Source: an uncultured Clostridium sp. (lineage in GTDB: Bacteria > Bacillota > Clostridia > Clostridiales > Clostridiaceae). From it: a stretch of DNA of 64,000 bases. The notes under the pieces are model-generated. The model had not been told where the DNA came from and ran no database searches. It saw only the letters and a list, made by a program, of their open reading frames with translations. The stretch lies in assembly GCF_934755305.1 (NCBI RefSeq), contig NZ_CAKVLD010000007.1. One strand, 5' to 3'. This document shows positions 55,580-64,000 of this stretch, piece by piece. Position numbers and translations under genes: made by a program. Position 1 is the first letter of the stretch, and each line of letters starts with the position of its first letter.

Positions 55580-55939
55580 TTAGAACTTTAATCCTGCTTC
55601 TCTAGCAGATTCTGCTAATTGTTGTACTCTTCCGTGATATACATATCCACCTCTATCAAATACAACTTCAGTTATTCCTTTATCTAAAGCCTTTTTAGCA
55701 ACTAACTCTCCTACAAGTTTAGCTCCTTCTTTATTGCCACCTTTTGCTGAAAAATCTTTTTCAATGCTTGAAGCAGCTACTAAAGTTACGGCATTTGTAT
55801 CATCAATTATTTGTGCATAGATGTTCTTAGAACTTCTATAAACTGAAAGTCTTGGTCTTTCAGGAGTACCGAAAACTTTCTTACGCACTCTAAGGTGACG
55901 TCTTACTCTTTTTGCTTTTCTGTCAGCCTTCTTGAACAT
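55580..55939 (-). CDS. rplR: 50S ribosomal protein L18
   Basis: [25 protein letters not shown] 55939 from RBS spacing. Confidence 0.97.
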   Translation of the reverse strand: MFKKADRKAKRVRRHLRVRKKVFGTPERPRLSVYRSSKNIYAQIIDDTNAVTLVAASSIEKDFSAKGGNKEGAKLVGELVAKKALDKGITEVVFDRGGYVYHGRVQQLAESAREAGLKF

Positions 55940-55957
55940 AAAGCTCACTCCTTTCTA

Positions 55958-56500
55958 TTATTTCTTACCAGTTTTACCTTCTTTACGTCTGATGTATTCG
56001 CCTTCGAACTTAATTCCTTTACCCTTATATGGTTCTGGTTTTCTCCAACGTCTTATATCAGCAGCTTGTGCACCAACGATTTCCTTATCAATACCTTTAA
56101 CTACAACTTTTGTTGCAGCTGGAGTTTCGAAAGTAATACCTTCCATTGGTTCAACTTCAACTGGGTGTGAGAATCCAAGGTTCATTACAAGCTTCTTACC
56201 TTGTAATTGAGCTCTATAACCAACACCAACTAATTCTAAAGTTTTTTGATAACCTTCACTTGTTCCAATTACCATGTTGTTAATAAGTGCTCTTGTTAAT
56301 CCGTGAAGAGCTCTATGATCTTTTTGATCACTTGGTCTAGTAACAACTACTTCGTTGTTTTCAACCGCTATATTCATGTCTTTATGCATAGCTTTTACTA
56401 GCTCACCCTTAGGGCCTTTTACAGTAACAACATTATCTGCTGATACAGTAACAGTTACGCCAGCAGGTATAGCTATTGGTAATCTACCTACTCTAGACAT
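55958..56500 (-). CDS. rplF: 50S ribosomal protein L6
   Basis: [18 protein letters not shown]. Confidence 0.98.
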   Translation of the reverse strand: MSRVGRLPIAIPAGVTVTVSADNVVTVKGPKGELVKAMHKDMNIAVENNEVVVTRPSDQKDHRALHGLTRALINNMVIGTSEGYQKTLELVGVGYRAQLQGKKLVMNLGFSHPVEVEPMEGITFETPAATKVVVKGIDKEIVGAQAADIRRWRKPEPYKGKGIKFEGEYIRRKEGKTGKK

Positions 56501-56567
56501 AATTGCACCTCCTGTTGTTTTCTTGTACAAACATTAATTTAAATTAATTCCAACTATCAATTAGGGA

Positions 56568-56966
56568 CTACCAAACGTAGCAAACTACTTCTCCACCTAA
56601 TCCCATTTTTCTAGCTTCTCTGTCTACCATAATTCCTTTTGATGTTGATATCACAGCAATTCCTAATCCATTAAGAACCTTAGGAGTCTCATCTTTCTTA
56701 CAGTAAACTCTTAGACCTGGCTTAGATATTCTCTTAATACCAGTTATAACTCTTTCTTTATTTGAACCATACTTAAGAGAAATTCTTAACATTGGAACTA
56801 CTCCATCGTTATATTCTTCAATTTCCTTAATGTATCCTTCTTGTAATAATATATTTGCAAGAGCCTTCTTTACATTTGAAGAAGGTACCTCTACTACTTC
56901 ATGTCTAACAGAATTTGCATTTCTGATACGTGTTAGCAAATCTGCTATAGGATCTGTCATAACCAT
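56568..56966 (-). CDS. rpsH: 30S ribosomal protein S8
   Basis: [20 protein letters not shown]. Confidence 0.98.
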   Translation of the reverse strand: MVMTDPIADLLTRIRNANSVRHEVVEVPSSNVKKALANILLQEGYIKEIEEYNDGVVPMLRISLKYGSNKERVITGIKRISKPGLRVYCKKDETPKVLNGLGIAVISTSKGIMVDREARKMGLGGEVVCYVW

Positions 56967-56998
56967 TAAATTGTGCCTCCTTTCAGCTTATCTAAATC

Positions 56999-57184
56999 TT
57001 ACCAACTTGCTTTCTTGCAACCAGGAATTTGTCCCTTGTAAGCAAGTTCTCTAAAGCAAATACGGCATATACCGAATTTTTTAAGTACTGCATGTGGTCT
57101 ACCACATATTCTACATCTTGTATAAGCTCTTGTCTTATACTTAGGAGTTTTGCTCCATTTTTCAATTATAGCTTTACGTGCCAC
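56999..57184 (-). CDS. rpsZ: 30S ribosomal protein S14 type Z (Zn-binding)
   Basis: [19 protein letters not shown]. Confidence 0.96.
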   Translation of the reverse strand: MARKAIIEKWSKTPKYKTRAYTRCRICGRPHAVLKKFGICRICFRELAYKGQIPGCKKASW

Positions 57185-57200
57185 AGTTTTCCCTCCTTAA

Positions 57201-57743
57201 TTATTGAGCGAATGGCATACCAAAGAATCTTAATAATTCTCTTGCTTCTTCGTCAGTGTTAGCTGTTGTTACGAAGATAATGTCCATTCCTCTTACTTTA
57301 TCGATTTTATCGTATTCTATTTCTGGGAATATTAATTGTTCCTTAATTCCTAGTGAGTAATTTCCTCTTCCATCAAAAGCCTTACTTGAAACACCTCTAA
57401 AGTCTCTAACTCTTGGTAATGCAATTGTCATTAATTTATCAGCAAATTCAAACATATTTGCCTTTCTTAATGTAACCTTACATCCTAAAGCCATATTTTC
57501 TCTTATCTTAAAGTTAGCTACTGATTTCTTAGCTCTAGTTAATACTGGCTTTTGACCAGAAATTAAAGTTAAATCACTAACTGCTGATTCTAAAACTTTT
57601 TGATTTTCTCTTGCTTCACCAACACCCATGTTGATTACTATTTTTTCAAGTCTTGGGACTTCCATTATATTCTTATATCCGAACTTTTCTATCATTGCTG
57701 GTATAATTTCTTTTTCATACTTCTCTTGAAGTCTTGTCATCAT
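57201..57743 (-). CDS. rplE: 50S ribosomal protein L5
   Basis: [17 protein letters not shown]. Confidence 0.98.
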   Translation of the reverse strand: MMTRLQEKYEKEIIPAMIEKFGYKNIMEVPRLEKIVINMGVGEARENQKVLESAVSDLTLISGQKPVLTRAKKSVANFKIRENMALGCKVTLRKANMFEFADKLMTIALPRVRDFRGVSSKAFDGRGNYSLGIKEQLIFPEIEYDKIDKVRGMDIIFVTTANTDEEARELLRFFGMPFAQ

Positions 57744-57766
57744 GTTGAGTTACCTCCTTTCAGATT

Positions 57767-58090
57767 CTAGAATGTTTCGCCGCACTTCTTGCAAACTCTA
57801 ACCTTAGCTCCGTCTTCTAATAACTTATTGCTAATTCTTGTAGCACATTTGCATTTTGTACAATATAACATTACTTTTGAGCTGTTTATTGCAGCTTCTC
57901 TTTCTATAATAGCACTTTCAGCTTGATTTCTAGTAGCCTTTTGGTGCTTCTTAACTATGTTAATTCCTTGAACAAGAACCTTTCCTGTCTTTGGATATAC
58001 TTTTAAAACTTCTCCAGTTTTACCTTTGTCTTTACCTGAAATAACTACAACTGTGTCGTTCTTCTTTACATGTACCTTCAAGTAAGCCAC
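57767..58090 (-). CDS. rplX: 50S ribosomal protein L24
   Basis: DTVVVISGKDKGKTG. Confidence 0.97.
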   Translation of the reverse strand: MAYLKVHVKKNDTVVVISGKDKGKTGEVLKVYPKTGKVLVQGINIVKKHQKATRNQAESAIIEREAAINSSKVMLYCTKCKCATRISNKLLEDGAKVRVCKKCGETF

Positions 58091-58099
58091 CTCCTTCTA

Positions 58100-58468
58100 C
58101 TATAGAACTTCTGGTGCTAATGATAATATCTTATTGAATTCTTTATCTCTTAGCTCCCTTGCAACTGGTCCGAAGATACGAGTTCCTCTTGGTTGCTTAT
58201 CATCTTTTATTATAACTGCAGCATTTTCATCAAACTTGATGTATGAACCATCTGCTCTTCTTAAACCTTTTACAGATCTAACTATAACAGCTTTAACTAC
58301 TTCACCTTTTTTAACAACTCCGCCTGGTGTTGCACTTTTAACGCTAGCAACTATTACATCTCCAATGTTACCGAACTTTCTTTTAGATCCGCCTAAAACT
58401 CTGATACACATTATTTCTTTAGCACCTGAGTTATCTGCTACCTTTAATAAGGTTTGTTGTTGTATCAT
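58100..58468 (-). CDS. rplN: 50S ribosomal protein L14
   Basis: [19 protein letters not shown]. Confidence 0.98.
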   Translation of the reverse strand: MIQQQTLLKVADNSGAKEIMCIRVLGGSKRKFGNIGDVIVASVKSATPGGVVKKGEVVKAVIVRSVKGLRRADGSYIKFDENAAVIIKDDKQPRGTRIFGPVARELRDKEFNKILSLAPEVL

Positions 58469-58496
58469 TGAATTACCCTCCTTTCAGTCTTACAGC

Positions 58497-58751
58497 CTAT
58501 TTAGCTTTTTCAACTATCTCAACAAGTCTCCATCTCTTATCTTTAGATAATGGTCTAGTTTCCATTATTAATACTCTATCGTTCATTTTAGCTTCATTAT
58601 TTTCATCATGAGCCTTAAACTTAGTTGTTCTATTAACAGTTTTTCCGTAAAGCGGATGTCTAACCTTAGTTTCAACAGCAACTACGATAGTTTTATCCAT
58701 CTTGTCAGAAACAACTCTACCTATTTTCTTTTTTCTTAATCCTCTTTCCAT
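58497..58751 (-). CDS. rpsQ: 30S ribosomal protein S17
   Basis: [20 protein letters not shown]. Confidence 0.98.
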   Translation of the reverse strand: MERGLRKKKIGRVVSDKMDKTIVVAVETKVRHPLYGKTVNRTTKFKAHDENNEAKMNDRVLIMETRPLSKDKRWRLVEIVEKAK

Positions 58752-58773
58752 TAGGGTTTACCTCCTTCCAGAA

Positions 58774-58983
58774 TTACTGTTGAACCCTTAACTCTTCTTC
58801 TCTTAAGATGGTTTTTATTTGGGCTATAGATTTCTTTACTTCTCTTATTCTCATAGGATTTTCTAATTGTCCTGTAGCTAATTGGAATCTTAAATTAAAT
58901 AATTCAGCTTTAAGATCTCCTAATTTAACAACTAAATCTTGAGGATCATTTGCTCTTAATTCTTTAAATTCTCTAGCCTTCAT
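58774..58983 (-). CDS. rpmC: 50S ribosomal protein L29
   Basis: [16 protein letters not shown]. Confidence 0.97.
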   Translation of the reverse strand: MKAREFKELRANDPQDLVVKLGDLKAELFNLRFQLATGQLENPMRIREVKKSIAQIKTILREEELRVQQ

Positions 58984-59417
58984 TATTCTTCACCACCCAT
59001 TTCCTCAAAATCTCTTCTTGTAACAAACTTTGTTTTTACAGGAAGCTTGTGTGATGCAAGTCTCATTGCTTCTCTTGCAACTTCTTCATTAACTCCTGAT
59101 AGTTCAAATAAAACTCTACCTGGTTTAACAACTGCTACCCAATACTCTGGAGCTCCTTTACCTTTACCCATTCTTGTTTCAGCTGGTTTCTTTGTTACCG
59201 GCTTATCTGGGAAAATTTTAATCCAAAGCTTTCCACCTCTTTTGATGTATCTATTAATAGCAATTCTGGCAGCTTCTATTTGGTTACTTGTAATCCAACC
59301 ACAAGTAGTAGCTTGAATACCGAAATCTCCATAAGCAAGGAAATTTCCTCTTGTTGCTTTACCTTTCATTCTACCACGTTGTACCTTACGATGCTTAACT
59401 CTTTTAGGCATTAACAT
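58983..59417 (-). CDS. rplP: 50S ribosomal protein L16
   Basis: [12 protein letters not shown]. Confidence 0.98.
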   Translation of the reverse strand: MLMPKRVKHRKVQRGRMKGKATRGNFLAYGDFGIQATTCGWITSNQIEAARIAINRYIKRGGKLWIKIFPDKPVTKKPAETRMGKGKGAPEYWVAVVKPGRVLFELSGVNEEVAREAMRLASHKLPVKTKFVTRRDFEEMGGEE

Positions 59418-59433
59418 GATCTATTCCTCCTTT

Positions 59434-60099
59434 CTATGCTTGAGCTTCTTCTTTCTCAACCTTTTTTGTTGGAAGCACTTCCCCATTATAAACCCAAACT
59501 TTAACTCCGATTTTTCCATATGTTGTATCTGCTTCAGCAAATCCATATTCGATATCTGCTCTTAATGTTTGTAGTGGAATTGTTCCTTCATGATATTGTT
59601 CTGTTCTAGCCATTTCAGCTCCGCCAAGTCTACCTGAACAAGCAGTCTTAACACCATTTACTCCATGCTTCATAGCTCTTTGAATAGTTTGTTTCATTGC
59701 TCTTCTAAATGAAACTCTCTTTTCTAATTGTGCAGCTATATTTTCTGCCATTAATTGAGCATCTGCTTCTGCATTTTTAACTTCAACTATGTTTATTAAT
59801 ACGTTCTTTCCGTTTACAAACTTAGTCAACTTAACTTTTAATGCTTCAATTCCTGCTCCACCTTTACCTATAACAACACCTGGTTTTGCAGTGTGTATAT
59901 TTAACTTAATTCTCTTAGCAGTTCTTTCAATTTCTATCTTAGAAATACCAGCTGAGAAAAGTTCCTTTTTAACAAATTTTCTTATCTTGTCATCTTCTAC
60001 TAGGTTATTAGCAAAGTCTTTTTTATTAGCATACCACTTTGCATCCCAATCCTTAATAACTCCGACTCTAAGTCCATGAGGATTTACTTTTTGACCCAC
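59434..60099 (-). CDS. rpsC: 30S ribosomal protein S3
   Basis: [22 protein letters not shown]. Confidence 0.98.
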   Translation of the reverse strand: MGQKVNPHGLRVGVIKDWDAKWYANKKDFANNLVEDDKIRKFVKKELFSAGISKIEIERTAKRIKLNIHTAKPGVVIGKGGAGIEALKVKLTKFVNGKNVLINIVEVKNAEADAQLMAENIAAQLEKRVSFRRAMKQTIQRAMKHGVNGVKTACSGRLGGAEMARTEQYHEGTIPLQTLRADIEYGFAEADTTYGKIGVKVWVYNGEVLPTKKVEKEEAQA

Positions 60100-60118
60100 T
60101 TATCTTTCCCTCCTTCTT

Positions 60119-60454
60119 CTAAGCTCTTTCTTTAACAACAACTGTTATGTGGCTTGTTTTCTTAAGAATTTTAAAAGCCTTACCATGATCCATAGGTCTG
60201 AATCTCTTAAGAGTTGGACCTTGACCAACGTACACTTCTGATACGTATAATTTATCAGTATCAAGTGCGAAATTATTTTCTGCATTTGCAACAGCTGACT
60301 TTAAAACTTTATTAATTACTACAGCTGCTTCTCTTGGAGTGTATTGTAAAATAGCAAAAGCTTCTTTAACGTTCTTTCCTCTTATTAAATCAGTAACAGC
60401 TCCTACTTTAATTGGAGACATTCTTACATATTTAGCTACCGCTTTAGCTTCCAT
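60119..60454 (-). CDS. rplV: 50S ribosomal protein L22
   Basis: [22 protein letters not shown]. Confidence 0.97.
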   Translation of the reverse strand: MEAKAVAKYVRMSPIKVGAVTDLIRGKNVKEAFAILQYTPREAAVVINKVLKSAVANAENNFALDTDKLYVSEVYVGQGPTLKRFRPMDHGKAFKILKKTSHITVVVKERA

Positions 60455-60484
60455 TTATGTTCCTCCTTTCCAGGCTAACTATAA

Positions 60485-60763
60485 TTATCTCTTAGATTTC
60501 TTATCTGTATCTACGTGTCCTTTGTAAGTTCTAGTTAAAGCGAACTCACCTAGCTTATGTCCAACCATATCTTCTGATATATAAACTGGAACATGCTTTC
60601 TTCCATCGTGAACAGCAATTGTATGTCCTATCATTTGTGGGAAAATTGTTGAACTTCTTGACCAAGTTTTAACAACTTTCTTATCTCCACTTGCATTCAT
60701 TTCTTCAACCTTCTTTAATAGTCCAGCGTGAACAAAAGGTCCTTTTTTAGTTGATCTACTCAC
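60485..60763 (-). CDS. rpsS: 30S ribosomal protein S19
   Basis: KTWSRSS, GHKLGEF. Confidence 0.98.
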   Translation of the reverse strand: MSRSTKKGPFVHAGLLKKVEEMNASGDKKVVKTWSRSSTIFPQMIGHTIAVHDGRKHVPVYISEDMVGHKLGEFALTRTYKGHVDTDKKSKR

Positions 60764-60830
60764 TAATATTGCCTCCCTTCATAAACATCAGGCCGACAAG
60801 GTATGAAGAGAATTTACTATTCTCTCCTTA

Positions 60831-61664
60831 CTACTTGGCGTTTCTTCTCTTAATAATGAATCTATCCGAATACTTCTTATTCTTTCTTGTCTTGTATCCA
60901 AGTGCAGGTTTACCCCAAGGAGTTACTGGACTTGGTCTACCAACTGGTGACTTACCTTCACCACCACCGTGAGGGTGATCATTAGGGTTCATTACAGAAC
61001 CTCTTACTGTAGGTCTCCATCCCATATGTCTCTTTCTACCAGCTTTACCTATGTTAACTATATCGTTAGTTGAGTTAGATACTGTACCGATAGTAGCTCT
61101 ACATTCTATTCTTATATATCTCATTTCACCTGAAGGTAATCTTAATGTTGCATAGTCACCTTCTTTAGCCATTAATTGTGCTGAGTTACCAGCAGATCTA
61201 ACTAATTGGCCACCTTTACCAGCTTGTAATTCAATATTATGAACTACTGTACCTACTGGTATATTCTTTAACGGAAGAGTGTTACCTGGCTTAATATCTG
61301 CATTAACGCCTGATTCTATAACATCTCCAACTTTTAATCCTGCTGGAGCAATGATATATCTCTTTTCTCCATCAGCGTAAACAACTAGAGCAATATATGC
61401 TGATCTATTTGGATCGTACTCTATTGTTGCAACTTTTGCTGGAACTCCATCTTTATTTCTCTTGAAATCTATAATTCTATATTTTCTCTTAGCACCACCA
61501 CCATGGTGTCTAACAGTTATTTTACCTTGTGCATTTCTACCACCTTTTTTCTTTAAAGAAACAAGAAGTGACTTTTCTGGTGAACTTGAAGTAATTTCTT
61601 CAAATGTTGGCATTGTCATTTCTCTTCTTGAAGGTGTAGTTGGTCTAAACTTCTTAACTGCCAT
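60831..61664 (-). CDS. rplB: 50S ribosomal protein L2
   Basis: [21 protein letters not shown]. Confidence 0.98.
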   Translation of the reverse strand: MAVKKFRPTTPSRREMTMPTFEEITSSSPEKSLLVSLKKKGGRNAQGKITVRHHGGGAKRKYRIIDFKRNKDGVPAKVATIEYDPNRSAYIALVVYADGEKRYIIAPAGLKVGDVIESGVNADIKPGNTLPLKNIPVGTVVHNIELQAGKGGQLVRSAGNSAQLMAKEGDYATLRLPSGEMRYIRIECRATIGTVSNSTNDIVNIGKAGRKRHMGWRPTVRGSVMNPNDHPHGGGEGKSPVGRPSPVTPWGKPALGYKTRKNKKYSDRFIIKRRNAK

Positions 61665-61725
61665 TGGTTTTCCCTCCTTCTTACAGCTTATCTGGCATTA
61701 TCTTGCCAATAAATCACTTTTCTTA

Positions 61726-62022
61726 CTATTGTAATCCTTCGAAGAATTCAATTCCCTTGCTTCCTTCAGCAAGAGTAATTATAGCTTTCTTGTAGTCAGC
61801 TCTCTTTCCTACATGTACGCCCATTCTCTTAGTTTTTCCCATAGTTCTTATAGTTTGAACATTGGCTACTTTAACGCCAAATACTTCTTCAACAGCTCTC
61901 TTTATTTGAGATTTGTTTGAGTTGATGTGAACTATGAAAGTGTACTTATTTTCTGCCATAGCTGTCATAGTCTTTTCAGTAATAACAGGTCTTCTTATTA
62001 TATCATGGCTTGTTATTTTCAT
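61726..62022 (-). CDS. rplW: 50S ribosomal protein L23
   Basis: PVITEK, KKAIITL. Confidence 0.97.
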   Translation of the reverse strand: MKITSHDIIRRPVITEKTMTAMAENKYTFIVHINSNKSQIKRAVEEVFGVKVANVQTIRTMGKTKRMGVHVGKRADYKKAIITLAEGSKGIEFFEGLQ

Positions 62023-62642
62023 TATGCGTACACCTCCTCAATCTTTGATACAGCATCCTTTGTCATGATTACTTTTTCAAACTTTAATAAATCATAAACA
62101 TTGATGTTGTTTGCAGGGATTACACTAACTCCTGCTATGTTTCTAGCTGATTTGTAAACTACTTCATTAGATTCAGCAGTTACTATTAATGTCTTATTAT
62201 AACCTAATGTCTTAAGCATTTCAGCAACTTGCTTAGTCTTAATAGCTTCAAAAGCTAAATCTTCCATAACGATCATTTCACCTGCTTGAACCTTTGATGT
62301 TAAAGCAGATTTAAGAGCTACTCTTCTCATACTCTTTGGTATTGATACTCTGTAATCTCTTGGTTTTGGTGCGAATACTATACCACCTTTGATCCATTGT
62401 GGAGCTCTGATTGAACCTTGTCTTGCTCTACCAGTTCCCTTTTGTCTCCAAGGCTTAATACCGCCTCCTCTTACTTCAGCTCTTGTTTTAGCTGATTGAG
62501 TTCCTTGTCTCTTATTTGCAAGTAATGCAACAACTACTTGATGCATAGCATATTGGTTAACTTCAACTCCGAAAACTCCTTCATTTAATTGAAAATCTCC
62601 AACTTGCTTTCCTTCTTTATTAAATAATCCTACTGTAGGCAT
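62022..62642 (-). CDS. rplD: 50S ribosomal protein L4
   Basis: [15 protein letters not shown]. Confidence 0.98.
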   Translation of the reverse strand: MPTVGLFNKEGKQVGDFQLNEGVFGVEVNQYAMHQVVVALLANKRQGTQSAKTRAEVRGGGIKPWRQKGTGRARQGSIRAPQWIKGGIVFAPKPRDYRVSIPKSMRRVALKSALTSKVQAGEMIVMEDLAFEAIKTKQVAEMLKTLGYNKTLIVTAESNEVVYKSARNIAGVSVIPANNINVYDLLKFEKVIMTKDAVSKIEEVYA

Positions 62643-62667
62643 CCTGCTTCCTCCTTTCTTACAGAAA

Positions 62668-63297
62668 TTAAGCCTTAACTGCGTTTCTTATTACTACTGT
62701 ACCTTTGTTAGGTCCTGGGATTCCACCCTTGATTAGTATTAAGTTCTTTTCAGCTATAACCTTAACTACTTCTAAATTCATTACAGTTGTGTTAACTGCA
62801 CCCATATGTCCTGGCATACGTTTGTTCTTAAATGTCTTTGATGGATCTGATGAAGCTCCCATTGAACCTGGTGCTCTGTGGAACTTAGAACCATGTGACA
62901 TTGGTCCTCTTTGTTGATTCCATCTCTTAATTACACCTTGGAATCCCTTACCTTTAGAAACTCCTGATACATCAATCTTATCTCCTGCCGCAAATACTTC
63001 TGCAGTAATTTCTTGACCCACTTCGTATTCATTAGCATTTTCTAATCTGAATTCTTTAAGAATTCTTCTTAAAGATACTCCAGCCTTAACAAATTGACCT
63101 TTTGCTGGCTTGTTGACTAATTTTTCTCTTATGTCACCAAAACCTACTTTTATAGCTTCGTATCCATCTTTTTCAGTTGTTTTCTTTTGAACAACAACAC
63201 ATGGACCTGCTTCTACTACTGTTACAGGAACCACTTTACCATTCTCAGCGAATATTTGAGTCATTCCTATCTTTTTACCAATAATAGCTTTTTTCAT
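62668..63297 (-). CDS. rplC: 50S ribosomal protein L3
   Basis: [16 protein letters not shown]. Confidence 0.98.
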   Translation of the reverse strand: MKKAIIGKKIGMTQIFAENGKVVPVTVVEAGPCVVVQKKTTEKDGYEAIKVGFGDIREKLVNKPAKGQFVKAGVSLRRILKEFRLENANEYEVGQEITAEVFAAGDKIDVSGVSKGKGFQGVIKRWNQQRGPMSHGSKFHRAPGSMGASSDPSKTFKNKRMPGHMGAVNTTVMNLEVVKVIAEKNLILIKGGIPGPNKGTVVIRNAVKA

Positions 63298-63375
63298 GTA
63301 ATTACACCTCCTAAACTGATTAGCGGATTGCTACGCAATCATAATAGTTCATTGTCTATTTAAAACTATTTGCTA

Positions 63376-63684
63376 CTAAAGCTTTATTTCGATATCTACA
63401 CCTGCTGGTAGATTTAATCTCATTAATGCATCAACTGTCTTTGGTGATGGATTAACGATATCGATAAGTCTCTTGTGAGTTCTTATTTCGAACTGTTCTC
63501 TAGAGTCTTTGTACTTGTGAACTGCTCTTAATATTGTAACAACATCTTTTTCAGTTGGTAGTGGTACTGGACCTGCCACCTTAGCTCCTGTTGATTTAGC
63601 AGTTTCAACAATTTTTTCAGCTGATTGATCTAATATTGTATGATCAAAAGCCTTTAATCTTATTCTTATTTTTTGTTTTGACAT
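63376..63684 (-). CDS. rpsJ: 30S ribosomal protein S10
   Basis: [26 protein letters not shown]. Confidence 0.98.
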   Translation of the reverse strand: MSKQKIRIRLKAFDHTILDQSAEKIVETAKSTGAKVAGPVPLPTEKDVVTILRAVHKYKDSREQFEIRTHKRLIDIVNPSPKTVDALMRLNLPAGVDIEIKL

Positions 63685-63689
63685 CTAAT

Positions 63690-63878
63690 TTCCCTCCTTT
63701 TCATGCACGCTTTACTTCGAGCGTACAACAGCGGTTATTCTATAAACTGTTCCTGGTGTTTCCTACATTACAAACAAAGTTATAGAATCCCTGTCGTCGG
63801 ATTCTAGATCCAGACATACTCATCAAGAATTCCCCGGAAGTCCGGCAACCTCTTGATTCATCGCTGTTTGCTCTGCAA
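63690..63878 (-). promoter_or_regulatory. Structured S10-operon 5' leader (S10-Clostridia-type r-leader candidate)
   Basis: ~190-nt GC-enriched UTR with hairpins ATCAAGAG..TTCTTGAT, TAGAATCC..GGATTCTA, GTACGCT..AGCGTGC. Confidence 0.55.
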
Positions 63879-63885
63879 CTTCTTT

Positions 63886-63914
63886 ATTATACTATTTTTA
63901 ATTATTCTTTTCAA
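63886..63914 (-). promoter_or_regulatory. SigA promoter of the S10 operon
   Basis: TTGAAA-17 bp-TATAAT. Confidence 0.75.
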
Positions 63915-64000
63915 GTTTTTTATTAATAATATTTATATTATTTTTTCAATTCTTATTTTCTCTCTTGCTTGTTTTATTTTACTGTTTGTTATAGCAAATT

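Overview
Low-GC Clostridium-type (butyrate-producing, spore-forming) chromosomal window, almost all on the minus strand. From right to left it holds the complete S10-spc-alpha ribosomal protein cluster (rpsJ to rplQ, with secY, adk, map, infA, rpoA), ecfA1-ecfA2-ecfT-truA, rplM-rpsI, cwlD, a split class I fumarate hydratase, a two-component system, class I ribonucleotide reductase, ptsI, a chromate transporter pair, iadA, a SleB-like hydrolase, cdaA-cdaR, ptb-buk, glmM and a T-box-led ilvN-cimA-leuCDB-ilvD-ilvB operon. The first ~5.5 kb is accessory DNA and the highlight: a candidate RiPP-like biosynthetic cluster running off the left edge. It has a Cys-rich orphan, a UbiU/UbiV-like pair of peptidase-U32-family (Fe-S, O2-independent hydroxylase type) proteins, a 66-aa leader+core precursor whose 5' and 3' flanks can base-pair, and two GT2 glycosyltransferases. 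An unannotated type I toxin-antitoxin-like module borders it. Also seen: a ~250-bp palindromic element at the buk stop codon, a 109-bp inverted-repeat element, a deleted NUDIX pseudogene and an atypical Ile T-box. Family calls come from motif recognition by eye; no database searches were run.
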